Source: Isurus oxyrinchus (Eukaryota). From it: DNA of 64,000 nt. The number at the start of each line of letters is the position of its first letter. The stretch's first letter is position 1. Of the stretch, positions 41,088-53,036 are shown in pieces. Location of the stretch: contig JANJGN010000002.1 in NCBI GenBank assembly GCA_026770705.1, forward strand, positions 48,918,001 through 48,982,000. Direction: 5' to 3'. The notes below the pieces were generated by a model. That model saw nothing but the letters and a program-made list of their open reading frames with translations, did no database searches and had not been told where the DNA came from. The position numbers were made by a program, and so were the translations under genes.

Positions 41088-41306
41088 ACTCTTTTGAGTA
41101 CAAACCCGTTTCCATCTGTTTCAGATGAAGTTACATTGTTTTGCCATTGTGAGATTTGAACTCTTGATACTCTTTCGAGCACAAACCCATTTCCATCTGT
41201 TTCAGATGAAGTTACATTGTTTCATAGTTTGCCATTGTGAGATTTGAACTCTCGATCTTGGGGTTACAAACCCAGTACCATAACCACTTGGCTATTCAGG
41301 CCAAGC
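41088..41306 (-). mobile_element. Short tRNA-Thr(TGT)-derived SINE, one full unit plus a tandem 5'-truncated unit
   Basis: On the - strand: A-box TAGCCAAGTGG, anticodon arm CTGGG-TTTGTAA-CCCCA, B-box GAGTTCAAATC; 14-bp TSD ATCAATCAGATGTA at 41074-41087 and 41307-41320. Confidence 0.88.
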
Positions 41307-41749
41307 ATCAATCAGATGTATACAGGGCTGGTAGATCTTGATGTTAGTTAGCGTGCAAAGAGGGGCATTTAGGAGTCAACTTTCAAACTAATATCATCTC
41401 TTAACCTCTCACACCTGAACACACATACAGCAGCTGAAAGGACATTCCACTGGTATTATTTAAAGCAATCATCAGCTACTTACTATCAGTTGCTGGTTGA
41501 TTTCTTATGACTGTTGTTGAGATTCTACAAGTGTTTGGTGCTTTCTATAGTCCTTTTCAAGTTGGAGAAATCTGCAGGAGTGATGTGGAAAGTGCTGAGG
41601 ACTTATTGCTGACTTTGAGGTTGCTGCACAGACATGTGCACGTGAGTCGACATTGCCCTGACAGTACAACATGATTTTGAAGAATGAGAAGAGAGAACGC
41701 AGAACAGGACAAGCTACCGGAAGAAGAAGGGAAACACTTGTACCAGGAT

Positions 41750-42720
41750 GCCGTGCCCACTCAGTGTTCAGGGAGCAGCTCTCTTAACTGAACCACAGCA
41801 AGAACAATGTGAGGCACCTACTATCTAGTAAGGACATTCTCACTGAAATGTGCCATCTGCTACAGCTATGGGTGCAACCTCAGAGCTGGCAAGAACCATA
41901 TCGTCAGAGGCTGTGAAGGTGGCCACGGCTATGGATCTCCATGGATCTTACTTCTTTCAGGCTGGAGTTGGAGATATTTGCAACATCTGGCATTTTGCAA
42001 TGCACTGTTGCATTAGTGAGGTCACTGAAGCTCTCTATTCAAATAGAACCAACTATATTTTGTTCTCTATCTTGCCAGAGGCAAGCAGGCAGAGTGAGCA
42101 TACAGCTTTGCAAGGATTGGCAACTTCTCTATGGTGCAGGGTTCCATCGACTGCATGCACATCACATTGTGGGGGCAGATGTCAACTCCAACCTATTCTG
42201 GAATCAAAAGGGACCTATTCCCTCAGCATCTATCTGGTGTATGATCACAGACAGCAAATCATGCAGATCAACAACTGGTATCCCGGCAGCAGTCATAATG
42301 CTTTCATTCTGTGGTGGTCCGCTATGCCAGCTGCATTTGAGCCACCACAGTAAACCAAACGGTGGCTGCTGGAGAACAAGGACTATCTGTTGGTGGCATG
42401 GCTAAGGATACAGGTGCACAACCCATGCACATATGCACGGCATGCATATAATGAAAACCGTGCTGTCACACAAAATGTGATGGAGCAGATCACTGATATG
42501 CTGAAACAATGCTTCCACTGCCTAAATTACTCTGGAGGAGCCCTACAGTACTCAGCTGAATGGGTCTCAATTATTGTGATGATTTGCTGCATGTCATCAA
42601 GTGAGGACAGCCCTTGCCACCAGCTGCATGGTGAGCAGGAGTTTGAGGAGGAGAAGGAAAGGAAGTGAGAAGGCATTTGAAACAGCTCCTCTGTGCTCCA
42701 ATTGTCTGTGAAGAACTCAC
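41750..42720 (+). pseudogene. Harbinger transposase pseudogene
   Basis: AVKVATAM..HGSYFFQAGVGDIC, QGSIDCMH, YPGSSHNAFIL and MLKQCFHCLNYSGGALQYS across several frames. Confidence 0.85.
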
Positions 42721-43442
42721 CCGTAAAATACCAGTAAAAACAGCCCAGTGCCACCCCTTGCCTTCCTTCTGTCACTAATCATCACAGTGTTTGGCTGCAA
42801 TGCAACAAGAGGATTTACTACAAAATAAGTATTCCAAAGCAAATTTATAAATAAAATCATGCTATATTGCATACAAGAGCCAACTGCGCATTCCCTCAGT
42901 GTCTGTCTTGCAGCTGCCTTTGCCTGTCCTCATGCGTTTACACAGTGCTACCTCAGTAGTTGCAGCATGGCTGGTGGAAGGATCTTCAGTGGAAGAAATT
43001 GCAGATGGCCTTGGAGGATGACTTTGAGCACCTCTGGACTTTGGATGTCCAGCTGTGATTGGAACATCTTGTCATGGATTGATGCAGCTGGCTGGCTGAT
43101 GAGGGACAGAAGGGCACTGGTGGAATGACAGGGGTTTGGGGGAGGGGTGGGGGTGGTGTAGCAGTGGTGATGCGGTGGTGAATGCTTTCTTCCTAGGTGA
43201 GGAAAGAAGGTTTGTGCTCCATGGAACCATTGCCATTTCTCTAGGGCAGCGCCTCAGCAATCCCAATAATCTATTGGAGGACAGATTGCTGGACTGCTAT
43301 GGCAGCCTGCAAACTCCTTTCCGCAATTGTAATTCACACTGGCTGAACTTGGGGCAGAAAGCCAACCAAGTCTGGTCTTCTACTGCAGCACTCATATGTT
43401 GGATGCTCAAGCTGCAGCATGAGCCATCAGACACCGTAGCAT

Positions 43443-45756
43443 CGAAGCAGAAAATGCCAGAAATACGCAGCCGGTCAGGGAACATCTTTGAAGGGGGAAA
43501 CAGAGTTAACATTTCAGGACAATTGACCTCTATTCAGAACTGCAAAAGGTTACAGAGGTAACAGGTTTTAAGCAAGTGCAGGGACAAGGAGTGGGGAAAA
43601 TTGTACAATTGGATGGAATACAGGAGAGATTAAATAACACACGGTATGATAGTGCCAGGCAAAAGGCAGTGGTAATGGGACAAATAAAGAAACAAATGAC
43701 GGATCGAGAGGAGCTATAAATGACAATTCCAATATCATCTCCCAACAGCTGTCGTCCAAAAGCGATCTGAAATTGTTGAACTCAGTTGTTGAATCTGGAA
43801 GGCTGTAAAAGTGCCAAATCAAATGCTGAGGTGCAGTTCTTCAAGTTTCTTTTGAGCTTCTTTGAAACGGTGTAGAAGACCAAGAACAGAGAGGTCAGAA
43901 TGAGAGTGGAGTGGAGAGTTAAAATGAAAAGCAACCAGAACACTTGCAGACTGAAAGGAGGTGTTCCACAAAGTGTTCATCCTATCTGTGTTTAGTCTCC
44001 CCAGTGTTGAGGAGACCTCACCGTGAACGGCAACAGTGTACTAAATTGAATGAAGTACAAGTAAATTGCTGTTTCACCTGGAGGGGAGATGGGGGCCCTG
44101 GACATTGGGAAGGAAGGTTGTAAAATGGCAAACACTGCATCTCCTGCGCTTGCATGGGAAGGTGCTCTGGCAAGTGGAGGGGTTATTCATGGTGATAGAG
44201 GAGTGGGCCTGTGTGCCTGGAGAGAATGGTCCTTTCCGGAAACTGAAAGGAATGGGGAAGAGGAAGATGTGTTTGGTGGTAGAATCATGCTAGAGGTAGG
44301 GGAAATGGTGGAAGATGATCCATTGAATATGGAGGTTGCTGTGGTGAAATGTGAGGATGAGGAACCTCAATGTGGTTCTTGGAGGAGGAGATGCAGTGAG
44401 AGCAGAAGTGTAGGAAATCAAATGAACACAGTCCATTGCAATGGAGGGAAATCCTCAGATGAAGGAAAAAGGCACACTGGTATGGATGATAAAATCCATA
44501 AAACAAATGTGATGGAGACAGAGAAACTGGGAGAATGAAATAGAATCCTTTAGGAAGCAGGGTGAGAGGCACTATCGTCAAGATAGCTATGGGAGTCAGT
44601 GGATATTAGTCAACAGCTTACCCCAGAAATGGAGACAAAGAAGTCCGGAAAAGAAAGAACAGTGTCATAGATGAACAATGTGAAGGTGAGGAAAGGTAGA
44701 AATTGAAACCCAACTTTCCAATTTAAGGTACAAGCATAAATCAGCACCAGTACAGTCATCAGTGTACTGGAGAAGCAGGTGAATGATGGGGCCTGAGTAG
44801 GACATAGTATGTTCTACATTTCCCACAAAAAGGCAGGCATAGCTGGGAACCAAATGAGTCCCCATGGCAACACCTACTTAGGGGAAATGAGTGGAGTTAA
44901 AAGGAGATGTTGTTCAATGTGGGACCAAGATTGGTCAGGTTGAGAAGGCTGATGATGGCTGGGGATGGTTGGGCCTCCATTCAAGGAAGAAGCAGAGTGC
45001 TTGCAGACCATCCTGATGGGGAATGAAGGTTTAGAAGAATTTGACATCCATGGTGAAAAGGAGATGGCTAAGACCAGGAAACTGGAAATGGCTGAAGTAA
45101 TGGAAGGCATCAGGAGAGCAACAAAGCTATAGGTGGGGAGAGACTGGACAAAGAGAGAAAAAAGTAGAGTTGAGAATAGGAAGAAATCAGTTCTGTCTGG
45201 TATGAACTGGCTAAAATGATGGGTTTACCAGGGCAGCCCTATTGATGGACCTTGGGAAGGAAGTAGACACGGGTTGTGCAGTACTGGGGGACTGAGGTTG
45301 GAGCCCATGGAAGAAATACCTCCAAAGGAGATGAGGGGGTCAGCAACAGTCTAAAAAGTGTCACTGACTGTCCTGCACTGTGTACCAATGCAACCCGAGA
45401 AACATTGTTTCATCTTTCAATTGGGTTCTTTACAGTCATTCAGACTCAACATGAGTTCAATAACTTTGAACCTTAATCTCTGCCCCCGTTTTTTTCAGAA
45501 GGCAGATAATATTGGTGATACATCTGTTTCCACCTCCTCTAGACCCAGATTTTGTTTCTTAATTATTGCATTATCTCTGTTTTCACTTTGCATCATCATT
45601 CCTTTAGTAATTTAGTCTCTGTTGCATTCCACACTGTCACAGGCCTTCCCTTTTCTTCTTACCCCATTCCCAATTCTCTGGCTTTGTACTTGCTTAAAAC
45701 CTGTTACATCTCTAACCTTTTCCAATTTTGACAAAAGGTTATCAGCCTCAAAACAC
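43443..45756 (-). mobile_element. Penelope-like retroelement (RT plus GIY-YIG) with inverted 3' duplication
   Basis: - strand RT motif MGTHLVPSYACLFVG...QYTDD (44665-44865); GIY-YIG remnant FTCTSFNLV...TGETKHR...FVEH (~43960-44065); C-terminus LQP...EFNNF occurs on - at ~43770-43830 and again on + at ~45400-45470; termini 43530-43590 and 45680-45725 are inverted copies. Confidence 0.88.
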
Positions 45757-48700
45757 TGTGAAAAGCTCTGTGCCAAGTTGGTGCTGGACTTCTTCAAGAT
45801 CCTTGACATTAACTGCAAGCTTTCTGGCAGGCTTCCCACTACACCAGGCACATTGTTGCGCATAACTATCAGCATTCTTTTTTGTGCTGCCCCATCAAAG
45901 TCATCATCAGAGTTCTCTCCAGCTCTGAGCTCTCTTTCTGCGACCCTGCCCACTGTCCAGCTGGTACCTGTGTATCCTTACCCCCTGCCCTGGCTGCAGG
46001 CCACTCATGCCCCATGTCTCACTACATGCATATCCCACCTTATCTATTGTCTAGGATATGTGCTAAGTCAGTACCTGAGCTGATGGCAGTGAGTGGTGGT
46101 GCTATGGCTGCTGCTTCAAGTCTCTTCTTGGTAGACCTGCACTGCCTGGCTAAGTTGCACTTCTTGGATATTGGAAAGGAATAAGAGTTAGGTTGTGATG
46201 TGGGGAGTCTGAGGGCGGGGGTGGGTGGGGGAAAGTAAGACATGCATGTTTCTGCTATATTCAGCTTGTGAATCAGGAGAGATTGAAGGTTGAGATGGAA
46301 GTGGGGTGTGAGAAAGAGGATTAGACATGAGGTTGCCTTCATCTTCAATGGTTTCAGTCCTGTTGCTGGCTGTGAATTAAACAACAGGTGTTTCAATCAT
46401 GGCAAGAACCATCTCCTTCAGGGGTGTCAGGACATGCAGGTTCACCTGTTCACCTCCAATTAGTTCCTACTGCTTCTGGTTGAGTCCCATCTTGTCCTGC
46501 AGGAGAGAGGGCAGTGTGTCAGTAATTGTCATACAAACTCTTCAGGTGACGTGCTTGTCATGCTTAAATAGCTGATAGTGTGTGCAACCTGTGAAAAGTA
46601 GTGGGGAGGTTGGCAGAAGTATTAAGTGTATGAGGGTGAGGTGAGCCATTTGAAAGTATAGTATGAGACGTGATTGATGGGGATTGTAGGTTGGTGGATG
46701 GAGGGGGTATGATGATTTTATCCGTGGCCGAGGCTACTGGTGCAGTTGGTAGGATATGGCATTAAAAGATGCACTCACTGACCTTGACCATTCATGCGAG
46801 TTGATTTGAACTTCTTGCAGTGCTATGTCCAGGTCCTCAGAACTAGACTCTTAAGTACTGATCCCCACAGCTATCTCCCACTGTCTGTTGACCATGTGCC
46901 TTGAGGGCCTCTTTCCCCCACAGCAGACAAAGGTCACTTTCCTTCCTTTCCACCTCCTCCACCAAGAATTCCAGTGGAGCATCCAAAAACCTTGGAAGCT
47001 CACGCTCTCCCCTGCTGTGCCTTTCCTCATTCTTTCCTAGGTCAGATTCTCTTCAACCAGCACCTGCTCCAGCCACGTTGCATCTCTCATTTTAAGAGTT
47101 GCAGGCTAACTTTAAGCAGCACTAGCCATTCAAATATTGGCCCCTTGCTGAGATGTCCAGTGAACAGACAGCTCAGTTAGCATTGGCTAAGTGTAGAAAT
47201 TATTCAAATAAGCAGGCAGCACAAAGTTGGCATGCTGCCTTCATTGCCTTTAACAGGCATGGGTTAATCACACATCGCAATCCTCATGCCTGTTTTCAGG
47301 GTCTTCCCCACTTAGCCCCCATTGCATTGAGCAGGAACCTAAGCCATGTATATACAGGCTGCCTGCAGATGGCTTACCAAAACCTTTTAACTGACTAGTA
47401 TCATGAACATTAACATGTTTCATATCTGTTCCACTCGACCAGCAAACAGACCTAATGAGAAAGGAGCTAGCCTGCTGATGAACAGACAAGCATGACAATT
47501 GTTCCAAATAATTAATTGATTGGTCCTGCTATTCTAACTTAGAGCTAATTTAATTGGGGTAAAAACTGTTTACTTTGAGAAAGAAACATTTGTTTCCTCT
47601 TTCTAAATAAACGTGCCTTTTAAATAGTTACTTGCATATACATTTTGCCCTTCACACATAGATGCTTGGACATATTTAGCTGACTGAAGTACATCACTTC
47701 ACCTATCCAAAAGTGCTAGACAAGTGCCGCTGGCATTAGCATCGCTGCTGAGGCCTGCAGCAGAACTGGGGAGACTTTGGAGTTTCCACACACGTAAATG
47801 TCAATACAGTGCCTTCTCCATCATCAGCACTAAATTCACTTTGATGCCTCTTTTCTTCTCTTTATTGATCCCTTCATGAGAACGTAGATTTGTATCTGTT
47901 AATTAATGCATCCTGAAACAGCGTTTGTATTAATCAGTCAGATAAGAAAAATTGGATGCCTGCGCCCACATGACAACCGTAAAAGTGCTGTCCTGATAAA
48001 ATCATTGATAGGCCTCAATAAAAAAAGTTCCTCCTTCCACTCAATAAACTAATCATCCTGCTTTTAATTATTAGACTGAAGATGTGTGTAGATTGGGAAT
48101 GTGTAAATCTAATTATTTACCAACAGCAGTGTCTAGGTAGGGGAAAAAAAAGCTCCATCACAGAAAGGTGCTGCAGGCCACACATACAGACCATCTGGTA
48201 CTTCTGTTGGGTGGGGGTGGTACTGTGGGAGTATAACAAAAGAATGAACCCTTTTCCGTTTCCCGTTGAATCAGATGTGAAGTGGTATACTTGTCAGCAA
48301 GTTGTATCACTATTATAAAACATTTCTGAGGAATCTTTCAGAATTTGAAAAGGGAATGCCAATTGACATTATCAAACAAAGAGACCATTTGGCAGCATCC
48401 ATCATGACAGCAAACAGCCATGATCTTTGCAATGTTTCTGTCATGTTATTCATAAAGACTTTAAATGGTGCAGGCTCCAGATAACAGTTACTGGGTGAAA
48501 AATTGGAACCATTTTTGCCAATGTTTTGGGCACTACAAGTACGCTTAGAATTCTAAAATGGCATCTGCACACTTGTCCAGCAAATGGTACTGGCTGCCAT
48601 ATTGGTGAGGACATTCACATGAGTGCAGTGAATGACTGCCGGAAGGCAGAGCCTGAAGATCATGACATCAACCAGCATGCGATGCTGATTTGACATTAGT

Positions 48701-50145
48701 CCTGCCATTTTGGAGTTCAGCTCCAGCTAATGCCTGCTCTTAACCTCTCAAAGCTGAGCCTGCATTCAGCTGCATGAAGGGCATCCCACTGGTGCTATTT
48801 AAAGTGATCATTAACTAATTGCAAGTTAGTTGCTGGTTGATTTATTCTGGCTATTGCTTCCATTTGTTGGGGGGTTTTTAAAATTGGTTCAAAGCTACAA
48901 AAGTTGACAGGGAGCAGTGTGACAGGTGATAAAGGTGTATTTTCAGACTTCAAGCCTACTGTACAAATCAGTTGCTTCTAGATATAGATGTACTAGTAGG
49001 CATTCCCCTTTTGATACAGCATGACTAGGGGAATGAACTGAGGCAAAACAGAGCAGGATAAGTTACTGGAAGAGGGAGCAGGAGTAGGAGAAGGGCTGTC
49101 AGCAGGATGCCATATCTAGACAGAGTATTGAGGGAGCAAATCTCCTACCTGAACCACAGCGAGAAGCAATGTGTGAGAAATCTACACTTCAATAAGACAT
49201 CTTCACTGTAACATGTCACCTGGCACAGCTGCAACTTCAGAGCAGGTCAAGCCACATTGCCATTGGCTGTGAAAGTAACTATGGAAATTAATTTTTGTGT
49301 CCAGCTCCTTTCGGGCTGGACCTGGAAATATTTGTAACATCTGCATTATCTTGTCCACTGTTGCACAAAGGAGGTTACTGAGGCTATCTACTTGATGAAA
49401 GCTAACTACATTCCATTCTCTTTTGCCAGCAAGGACTAGGTGGAGTGAGCACATGGCGTTAATAGGATTGCAGTTTCCCCATGATGCAGGGTGCGAGTGA
49501 CTGCACACGCGTCACTTTTCATGTGTTGTATGTTAACTCTACAGTATACTGGAACTGGAAGGGATTCCACTCCCTCAACATCCGTCTGGCGTGTGACTGT
49601 AGACAGCAAAACATGCAGGTCAATGCCCTGTATCCTGACTGAGAATCGGTGCCTTTATTCTGTGCCAGTTCACTGTGCCATCTGCGTTTGAGTCAGTATG
49701 GCAAACCGAAGGGTGGCTGCTGGGTGAAAAGGGGTTTCTGCTAACGAAATAGCTGGTGACTCTGGTGGGCAACCCATATACACATGGGCAACATGCATAC
49801 CATGAAAGCCAAGCTACCACCTGAAGTATGATAGAGCAAATCATTGGCATGCTAAAACAATGCTTCTGCTGTCTAGACCCCTCTGGAGGAGCCCTGTACT
49901 ACTCAGCAGAGCATTTATCAAGATGCGTGGTGGTCACTGCCTGCTGCACAATCTTGCCACAATGAGGAGAAAGTCCATGCCATCAGATATTTGATAAGTA
50001 ACTGAGGAGCAGGATCGTGAAGAAGCAGGAGGGAGGAGGCAACCTAGTCAACTCTCTTCTGGCAAGGCTGCCCATGGAGAACTTGGCTGAGTGTGATACC
50101 AGTAACTGTAACCCAATTTCTCATTGACCATCATTCCCACACTTT

Positions 50146-50643
50146 GGGCTGAATCTTGTGGAGGCAACGAGGGTCTCAGCCGCAGGCTAGAAAGTTGGTG
50201 AGATCCCTGCATTGCTTCTTTTCTGGATGGCCCATCACATCTTGTGCCACTCAGGCACTTAATAGGATCAAGGACCCCGGGAGCGGAAGTCATGGCCCCC
50301 AAGAGCCGTGGGCCATTCAGAGGCCAGCATCTCTTTTGTACGCAGCAGTGCCACTGGGGAGGCAGTGGCTGCTGCCAGTTTTGCACCCACCTGAGAGCTT
50401 GGATCGAGGATGCACTCAGGCACAAGGTAGTGATAGCGGGAAGGGAGTTACCAGGAGCCAGCAATCTAACATGCCATGGTTTGCTTCCCTTGCTCCCTAC
50501 ATGGTGAGACTCCTGCCTGGGCTGGGTTAATACCAGCTGTGGCAGGATGAGGCCCTTAAGTGGGCATTAATTGACCATTTAAGGACCTCAATTGGCGGTG
50601 GGACAGGAAAGCCATCCACAAGGGAAGGCATAAGATTCCACCC
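50146..50643. mobile_element. Harbinger MITE nested between the two genes of the host Harbinger
   Basis: TIRs GGGCTGAATCTT / AAGATTCCACCC (10/12 match), flanks TTT/CTT; contains the GGCCCTTAAGTGGGCATTAATTG motif seen in similar form in the other MITEs. Confidence 0.75.
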
Positions 50644-52628
50644 CTTATCTTCCCTGTCTCTATCACAGTGTCTATTTGACCACAATGCAAAAAATAAAAG
50701 GCACCACAAAATAAACATTCCAGACTCAATTATGATGAAATCCTACCATATTTCATACAAAAGTCTACCAATCAGCCTTGTGGAATCATTTAGTGCCTTT
50801 CTTTTGTGTGCCTTTACCTCCCTAGTGCTCCTATGCAATACTACTCCAGTGGCTGCAGTGTGGCTGATGGAAGGCTGCTGACTTGCAGTGGAGGAGACTG
50901 CAGATGGCTTTGGAGGATGATCTCAAACAGCTCTGGCCCTAGAAGGCCTTTCTTTAGATTGTACTATTTCAGCATGAGCGGCAGAAACCTAGGCTGACTG
51001 ACTGACAGGCAACAGCAATGACACTGGCAGGGTTAGGATGAATGCTATCTTCCTGAAAGAAGATAGCAGGTTTGTGCTCAATGGAACCCCATCAGTCCTC
51101 CTTGGCACGACCTCAATAATTCTAGTAGTCTATTGGAGGACAGATTGCTGCATTGCTATGACATCCTGCAAGCCCCCTTTTCCACTGTAGTCCACAAACA
51201 AGATTACAGCAGTCTGAGTTTACAAGGTTTCTCTATGCTGCCTCATCAAAGTCCTCACCGGAGTCCTCTGCAGTGGAACCCATGTGCAACCTCGTTCTGC
51301 AGCAAACTGGTACAAGTGCTATCCTTGTTCCCTCCCATGGCTGCAGGCCACTCAGTCCTGGTGTTTTGCCATGTGCAGTTCCTGTCCCTACGTTATCCTC
51401 CAATTTGCATGCAGTGCCACTATCTGAGCTGCTGGCTGCAAATGTGAAATGGAGTGACAGTATAGTTTCAACATTACTGTTTTGGCTATGTTGCATTTGA
51501 TGTGTATCTTAAAGGAGAAAAGCAAAAGGTTAAGATAGTTGTGTGAGGAATGGGGGAGGGCGAAGTAGGGGGTGCATGTTTACACCATCTACCATTTTTA
51601 AATCAGAAAAGAACATATGATAAGGGGAAAGTAGGATTTTTAAAGGAGGATAAGTATTGTGATCCTGTTATCTCCAATGGTTTCAGTCCCTCAGCTGGTC
51701 AGAAATGAAGCAATGGCTACCCAATAATAGCTACTATCGCCTCTTTCATGGCAGTTAAAATATGCAGATATGTTTGTCCCCCTTCACTTAGCCCCTGTTG
51801 CTTCTGGTTGTACATCGCCTATTCCTGCAAGAGAGAGGGAAGTGTGTCAGTGAGTGTTGTGCAATCTGTTTGGCTGATGTGGTTGTCATGGCTGAATAGC
51901 TGGCACTGTGTGCAGCCTATGAGATGTGACTGTGAGGCTTGCAGTGGTGCTAAGTGCGTGTGTGATGTGAAACATATGACTGTCAGGTATAAGTCCCAAT
52001 AAAGAGAAATTGTTGGTAGGTACTGATGGGGTATGGTGAAATGGACAGTGTCTGAGGCTCGTAGTTTAGTTAGTAGGTTATGCCATTTAGAAATGCATTC
52101 ACTGACCTTGACCACTTGTGTGAGGTCATTGAACTTCTTGCGGTATTATATCCAGATTCTCTGCCTGAACGATGCTCGCACTGCCTTCTGAGCATGTGTT
52201 TGGAGGGCCTCCTGGCAATCTATAGCCACAGGATATCTCTCCTGCCTTCCATCTCCTCCACTCAAGCCTCTGGTACAGTGTTCAAAACCATTGAAGCCTG
52301 CTGTCTCCCGTGTTGTGCCATTATTCAACATTTCACAGGTCAATTTCACTTCCAACGTAACTAGCCAAACCTGCTCCAGTCATATTGCACTGCCCTTTCA
52401 CGCTGTGCAGGCTATCTTTCAGCACTGCTAACTATCCTTAAGTGATGTGAGGCACTCACGATATTAGCCCCTTTGCTGATGTGTTTAGTGGTTTGCACTA
52501 GCTGGTCACTGAAATCATTGAAATGTCTAGGCAGCACAAAGTTGGCATGCTGCCTGCATCGCAATCAGTGGGTCTGGGTTAATTGCACAATGCGATCACT
52601 GAGTAGTTTTCAAGGACTATCCAATTTA

Positions 52629-53036
52629 CCATAGATGTCGGTGTATAAATCAACCTTTGAAGCCTTGATGAATCCCTCCAAAAATGGGTGTCGACTTATA
52701 CACCCAGTTTAAAAGCGAACCACTGGCGTAGTGTGGGCAGTTGCCATCTTTGTCATCTGCTCTGTGTGGGTATGTCTTAAACTCCCCGTCATCTTCATTA
52801 CACAGCCCATATTGCCTGCTTGATCCCTTGCATGTCAGTTATAAGGTACTTGTAAATAAAACATCCATTTGTGGGGTGAAAAGTTTGAGGCTGACAACTA
52901 ATGCGAGTGTGTCATGTCATGACTGAAAAGAGGGGTGGAGACTTATTCACTGAGTGTATACAAAAGCATGATATTTGGGGCCGAAGAAATGCTGTTATCT
53001 TATATGTTGGGTCAACTTGTGTGCTACCATTTATGG
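52629..53036. mobile_element. Tc1/mariner (Tc2/pogo-like) MITE
   Basis: TA-CCATAGATG...CATTTATGG-TA termini with TA duplication; repeated subterminal GTCGACTTATA-like motifs. Confidence 0.7.

Larger units (their letters stand above)
40943..47320 (+). mobile_element. Decayed PIF/Harbinger transposon, copy with nested SINE and Penelope insertions
   Basis: ATT on both flanks, right end ACTTAGCCCCC; transposase remnant ~41750-42720 (+), Myb/SANT remnant ~42890-47030 (-). Confidence 0.82.

Noticed and set aside
41081-41260. CRISPR-like repeat-spacer array
   Set aside because: Only a tandem SINE duplication in a vertebrate intron; no unique spacers and no cas genes.
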